Assembly (NCBI GenBank): GCA_003056265.1
Contig: NBVN01000002.1
Span: forward strand, 1 to 32,000
DNA: 32,000 nucleotides
Reading direction: 5' to 3'
Source of the DNA: Zestosphaera tikiterensis
GTDB lineage: Archaea; Thermoproteota; Thermoprotei_A; Sulfolobales; NBVN01
The notes beneath the pieces are model-generated. The model saw only the letters and a program-made list of their open reading frames with translations, did no database searches and had not been told where the DNA came from. Positions 27,893 through 32,000 of this stretch are shown here, piece by piece; the stretch's first letter is position 1, and every line of letters begins with the position of its first letter. The translations under genes were made by a program, and so were the position numbers.

Positions 27893-28065
27893 GATAGGCG
27901 ATCCGATTTATAGGAAAGCAGTTTTAAGATTAGCGTATATGAAGAAGTCGTAACATGTGTCAAAATTTATAAGGTGATGGGAAGCCATTAACGAATAAAG
28001 GAATTTTTAGTTAGTAAACTCATTGAGAAAACACGTAGTTAACTTTGGTGCTTATAGTAAGTAGC

Positions 28066-28716
28066 TTATATGTCTAGACCTTCTATATATTCCAATACTT
28101 TCTTAGCTCTTAGAAACGCATGTTCATCATGTATATCTATAGCTTCCCTACCCTCTACAGCATGGATGAATTTTTCAACATCGCGTTTAATGCTACTTAT
28201 TTGTTGCTTCATAATATCCCTATTCAAGGGTTTCTCACCCTGTATCTTCGGATTCCCTTCCATAAACCCTTCCGGGAAATACCAGTCTTTAAACCACGTA
28301 AACCCTCTTTTAAGTAACTCGTAGCCGAGTCTAGTAACAGGTATTGGATACCCACGCTCTAGTTGCTTCCTAGTCTCTACATCGTTTACGTACTCTACAA
28401 ATATCCTCTCTCCCGGGCCAAGCCATATAGACACTACATCCATTAACCACTGATCTACCTTCGTATTGTAGAAATTCACCATATATCCACCTAAATCCAC
28501 ATCGTTAACGATGTTAAATATCTCTACCCACCTCCTATATAGATCCCTACCCATGAAGACCTTCATGAAGCATATATAACGTCTAAAACCATCCCTCTCT
28601 ATACACATGTTTATAGATATCTCCTCAACGAATCTCCCACGTCTTTTTTCACACGCATAAACCTTTATATCATCTTTAATGAAAACACCTCTAACAAGCT
28701 CCATAACTATATCCAT
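28066..28716 (-). CDS. Hypothetical protein, aromatic-rich, unassigned (possibly DUF1122-like; unverified recollection)
   Basis: 216-aa ORF with a TATA-like GCTATATATTTC about 30 nt upstream. It has well-formed, globular-looking sequence: GPGERIFVEYVNDVETRKQLERGYPIPVTRLGYELLKRGFTWFKDWYFPEGFMEGNPKIQGEKPL. Confidence 0.55.
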   Translation of the reverse strand: MDIVMELVRGVFIKDDIKVYACEKRRGRFVEEISINMCIERDGFRRYICFMKVFMGRDLYRRWVEIFNIVNDVDLGGYMVNFYNTKVDQWLMDVVSIWLGPGERIFVEYVNDVETRKQLERGYPIPVTRLGYELLKRGFTWFKDWYFPEGFMEGNPKIQGEKPLNRDIMKQQISSIKRDVEKFIHAVEGREAIDIHDEHAFLRAKKVLEYIEGLDI

Positions 28717-28928
28717 AGCTCAATCCCTAGATCCCAACCTAAGATGAAATATATAGCAACATATATAACGTCATGTGATATCAACAACTACAGACACTTT
28801 AGCAACAGCTGTTAACGTCAGCTTAAGCTAACTCCTCAACGAATATCTTAAAGACTCAATAGCTAGGGCTTCTCATATCTTCAGCATGCGAAAACCCTGA
28901 AATTAACTCTGTCAAAACAGTAGAGTTG

Positions 28929-29358
28929 ATGAGAAAAACAAGACTCTATTATTGGGACTTATACATGGGATATCCCTACCGCATTAATTCGGAATTAATA
29001 AATACACTCGACGAAAAGCTTGAACGCAATCCGGAGAAGTTAGTGAGGGCTCTGGACATGATATTCAGAGCAGATCCCCCACGTCATGGAGAGTTCTAAA
29101 GAAGTATGTAGGAAGATTACCCCGATTTAGATGTTGATCTGCTTAGGTCGATAATAAATCTGCCGAGTGCGAAAATCTACAGCCTTGTAATGTTTGGATT
29201 AGCCCACACAAACATAGGGGGTCGTTGGGGTTACGAATCAGCTGAAGTACTTTGTAAGAATAGGTAACTCGAAGTTCAAAGGAATCGAAGCACAGCAGCT
29301 ATTCTCAGAACTAACTGAAGTTATTGAGAGAGTGAAGACTGAACAGCATTACGCGTAA
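28929..29358 (+). pseudogene. Disrupted gene of unknown family (two in-frame stops plus one frameshift)
   Basis: ATG 28929 opens MRKTRLYYWDLYMGYPYRINSELINTLDEKLERNPEKLVRALDMIFRADPPRHGEF, which stops at TAA 29097. A TAG follows four codons later at 29109. The same frame then resumes as EDYPDLDVDLLRSIINLPSAKIYSLVMFGLAHTNIGG. After the G5 run near 29216-29220 the sensible reading moves to another frame: VVGVTNQLKYFVRIGNSKFKGIEAQQLFSELTEVIERVKTEQHYA, ending at TAA 29356-29358. Confidence 0.5.
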
Positions 29359-29509
29359 AGCTTGCAGACTGTACCACTTGTTTTTCACCTATTATACATC
29401 CTAAGGATCTCTATGAAAAACTACGGCCACTACTAAGAAGGGAGGATATCACGATGATTTAACAATAAACTTCCCGCCTCAGGCAGAGTCATAGACTTCA
29501 GATAGAGCA

Positions 29510-30781
29510 CTACCCTTCTTTGCACTTCGCATTATGACGTAGACACATTATTGTACTATAGGAAATAAATGTTAGAAACATTATTAAGGAAAATACCAAT
29601 GATTCTAGTTGCTGTATATTTTGTTCATTACTTAATTTAGTTAACGTATCCATTTCAGTAATGTGTTCAATAATGTTGATTGCTTGGGTTGTTGATAAAA
29701 AAATTATAAACGGCACTGTGAAGAAAGAAAGCGCAAGAAGTAGGGATAGTAAAGGTAGCACTAAGTGAATTGGAATGCTAGTCATAAGATATGCAAAAAA
29801 TACAATGAGAATTATGATTGGTACTAAGCGAAGCTTTTTAAATTCACCAAACTGCAAAGGAAGTTGAAAATATCCTAGAGATATTAAATCTATTTTGCAT
29901 TTAGTGTATAGCTTTGCTTCAATTGATAACGTAGATATGAAGGCGACCAAACCTGAGAAAGCAACTACCACTATGTTTCCTGGCTGTGTAGACCCAAAAA
30001 TGTTTGGAGGCAATGCTATTACAATCAACAGCAGTAATGGTACAGCAACAAGAGATAATGTTAACGCTTCACTCAATTCATCAATAACAGGTTTAATTAA
30101 ACATTTCATTTGTATAAACTTTTCGAGAACTGTAACAAGCCTAATATTGACTGCTGCATTTCTCAATTTCTTTGGTGTTTCCTTAAACGAAACACTCATC
30201 AAATTAGTAGATCTAACCCTACGATCGAAAAGATATATCGTTACAGAGCTAAGAAACAGTGCTATAAGTCCACAGAGACTTTTCATGAATATGTCAGCAC
30301 TGTTTTCATAGATTAAAAGTAAGAAAGATTGAGACTGAACGAAGAATATCCATCTGTATAATCCTCCCAGTGCTTCTATGCTAATACCTCGGAAACTATT
30401 TGGTTTAGTTAATTTAGTTAAATATACTAACACTACTGGAAAAATGTAAAGTAGTGACAGCATTGCTTGAGGTAATAGAGAGTGTTGTGTTGTATTGAGA
30501 ATAAAGACGAAAATAAATAGAATAGTTAAATCGAAAAGAAAGATGAAAGCTATCAAGAAATTTGTGAGAAACGTTAATTTAGGCAGAAGTCCAAACAGGA
30601 ATACTATAAGGGAAACGATATTAAGCATTATGGCAATCATTAATGAGAAGTTGTCAGACGCGAACAACTGATAAAGCTGCAGTATTGCTCCAAGGAGTAT
30701 TGCTGAAACCACACCAATAATAATGGATGTTAGTTTTAATATGTTTTCTGGAGCCCGTCTAAACCTCTTTACGTTGCTCAT
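29510..30781 (-). CDS. Orphan polytopic membrane protein (about 10-12 TM segments), strongly AT-rich gene
   Basis: 423-aa ORF. GGAGGU (plus 30789-30794) lies 7 nt upstream of the ATG. Hydrophobic segments run throughout (IIIGVVSAILLGAIL, LMIAIMLNIVSLIVFLFGLL, FLIAFIFLFDLTILFIFVFIL, LLYIFPVVLVYL, LCGLIALFLSSVTIYLF, LSLVAVPLLLLIVIAL, IVVVAFSGLVAFISTL, LVPIIILIVFFAYLMTSIPIHLVLPLLSLLLALSFFTVPFIIFL, LVFSLIMFLTFISY). A charged central loop reads DRRVRSTNLMSVSFKETPKKLRN. No family recognised. Confidence 0.7.
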   Translation of the reverse strand: MSNVKRFRRAPENILKLTSIIIGVVSAILLGAILQLYQLFASDNFSLMIAIMLNIVSLIVFLFGLLPKLTFLTNFLIAFIFLFDLTILFIFVFILNTTQHSLLPQAMLSLLYIFPVVLVYLTKLTKPNSFRGISIEALGGLYRWIFFVQSQSFLLLIYENSADIFMKSLCGLIALFLSSVTIYLFDRRVRSTNLMSVSFKETPKKLRNAAVNIRLVTVLEKFIQMKCLIKPVIDELSEALTLSLVAVPLLLLIVIALPPNIFGSTQPGNIVVVAFSGLVAFISTLSIEAKLYTKCKIDLISLGYFQLPLQFGEFKKLRLVPIIILIVFFAYLMTSIPIHLVLPLLSLLLALSFFTVPFIIFLSTTQAINIIEHITEMDTLTKLSNEQNIQQLESLVFSLIMFLTFISYSTIMCLRHNAKCKEG

Positions 30782-31056
30782 CGCAGAAACCTCCGCAACG
30801 AGTTTATTTATTAAAGATCCTAAATAAGTAATAACATCAACTAGGTAATAAGCATTTTACTTAATCGAATATATGTTGAACATACTTTTGACTGAGCATG
30901 CAATTGGCTTTTAAAGCTGTTGAAAATTAATGCCAAGCATATATAGTTCTATAGATGAATTCGTAGCAAGTACAGGTCACAAGGATTACCGAAGTCTACG
31001 GTTCCCATTAACTTCAGACCTGTAGAAGAAGCGAGCCAATCGACCTCCAGAACAGG

Positions 31057-31369
31057 TTAAGGTTTCATAAAGACTTCGTTAAACATAGCTTCACATCTGA
31101 AGAGGTAGTCACTATTCAATGAAAGGTTGCCTCTTGCGAAACGTAGCAATTTATAGGCTACCTCAGCTGAAGAGATTTCAGAGCAGATGTTTTCTAATCT
31201 CTTGAGGTAACAATAGAGTAAGTCTGCCGACGAGAAAAAATATAAAGCGTTTCGACGGCGACATAACATGACTGAAGTAGCTTTCAAGCAACTTGATGAG
31301 GGGACTTTCCAGCCTAGAGAGCTGCTGTGGATAACCTGCGTGCGGGCCAAATTCCAGCGAATCCGTCAT
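31057..31369 (-). pseudogene. Small helical ORF split between two frames at a T6 run (frameshifted gene or sequencing artefact)
   Basis: The 63-aa ORF (31178..31369) has a plausible N-part, MTDSLEFGPHAGYPQQLSRLESPLIKLLESYFSHVMSPSKRFIFF. The 97-aa ORF (31057..31350) has a plausible C-part, SSADLLYCYLKRLENICSEISSAEVAYKLLRFARGNLSLNSDYLFRCEAMFNEVFMKP. They meet at the homopolymer at 31235-31240 (A6 on plus, T6 on the coding strand). Confidence 0.3.
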
Positions 31370-31538
31370 AGAATTGAATTCCCTTAATTGAATTTTCTGG
31401 TAGGTTTTCTAAATCTTCTAATTAAGTTTTAGGTGTTTGAAAGGCCTGCTCAGATCCTTCTTACCTCTGCTTAGATATTGGTTTTTAACATTAATAGTGA
31501 CGATCTTATAGAGGCATCCAACAAATAGCTCTCAGGAC

Positions 31539-31955
31539 TCATATACAAAATTCTCTTTTCCTCAAAAGTGTATAGAGATCTATACTCTTGGAGCATCTAA
31601 CTACCTCGACCTTAGACCTCATAGCAAGACTTTTAAGTAGGCTGTCAACACCACCTTTATGATGTAATAAAAGCATTTTTATGGCATTAGCGGGTTGCAG
31701 AAAATTTTTCTCTATAAGTCTATCATATGACTCTTCAAGTTTTCGGATATCCCTAAGCTCAGGCGTGCCCGTATCCTCAATAACTATATTGAGTACGTAT
31801 TCGCCACATTTTAAAACTAGAGCTACATCACTTTTCTTTTCATTTTTCTTTAAGGTCTGGTTTAAAACTTCATCTAAATTCGTCTGTTTTAATAATTCAG
31901 CGTTAGGCGGTAGGGTTATAGTTGTGTTTTTAATCTTTATCTTCTTCACAGTCAC
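31539..31955 (-). CDS. Hypothetical protein (138 aa from GTG 31955); the frame stays open to the window edge
   Basis: GGAGGU (plus 31963-31968) lies 7 nt upstream of GTG 31953-31955. No stop occurs in this frame between 31956 and 32000, so a longer protein starting beyond the window cannot be excluded. No family recognised. Confidence 0.45.
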   Translation of the reverse strand: MTVKKIKIKNTTITLPPNAELLKQTNLDEVLNQTLKKNEKKSDVALVLKCGEYVLNIVIEDTGTPELRDIRKLEESYDRLIEKNFLQPANAIKMLLLHHKGGVDSLLKSLAMRSKVEVVRCSKSIDLYTLLRKREFCI

Positions 31956-32000
31956 GTATCCTACCTCCAGCTCTAAGTTTCTGGACTCTGTAGTAGAGTT

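Noticed and set aside
28070-28324. Plus-strand ORFs 28070..28324 and 28120..28317, and 29895..30311 and 30110..30316, in the island
   Set aside because: They are antisense to the more convincing 216-aa and 423-aa genes. The translations are Ser/Phe/Ile-rich and have no start-site signals.

Overview
This window looks like a chromosomal segment of a hyperthermophilic archaeon, most likely a crenarchaeote. All assignments come from reading motifs by eye; no searches, folding or statistics were run. Supporting evidence for the lineage: reverse gyrase, a GINS-MCM operon, a two-AAA-domain CDC48, FEN1, aEF-1beta with its partner Zn-ribbon gene, a four-subunit 2-oxoacid:ferredoxin oxidoreductase, a tRNA with an intron at a non-canonical position, and A/T-rich TATA-like boxes about 25-30 nt upstream of many gene starts.

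Positions 1-27412 are tightly packed core genome on both strands. Genes, in order: an Lhr-type helicase (partial), a large N-glycosylation-rich surface protein with five tandem ~83-aa repeats, a TatD-like hydrolase, CDC48, aEF-1beta, FEN1, a Dph6-like PP-loop ATPase, ornithine carbamoyltransferase, MCM/GINS, tRNA-Lys, the oxidoreductase gamma-delta-alpha-beta operon, and reverse gyrase.

Positions 27425-32000 are visibly AT-richer and look like a decaying accessory island. It holds a truncated archaeal-ATPase fragment, a multiply disrupted gene, a frameshifted small ORF pair, an orphan ~10-12 TM membrane protein and two unassigned proteins. No complete, recognisable defence or mobile system is present.

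The most interesting unexplained signals:
- A ~260-nt GC- and purine-rich island with promoter-like geometry between cdc48 and aEF-1beta. It looks like a structured ncRNA, but I cannot assign it to RNase P, SRP, C/D or H/ACA classes.
- A cdc48 gene whose clearly encoded N-domain has no in-frame ATG/GTG/TTG.
- A 235-aa N/Q/S/T-rich protein with a 27-residue polybasic tail at the end of the MCM gene string.
- A degenerate C/D-box-like element upstream of tRNA-Lys.
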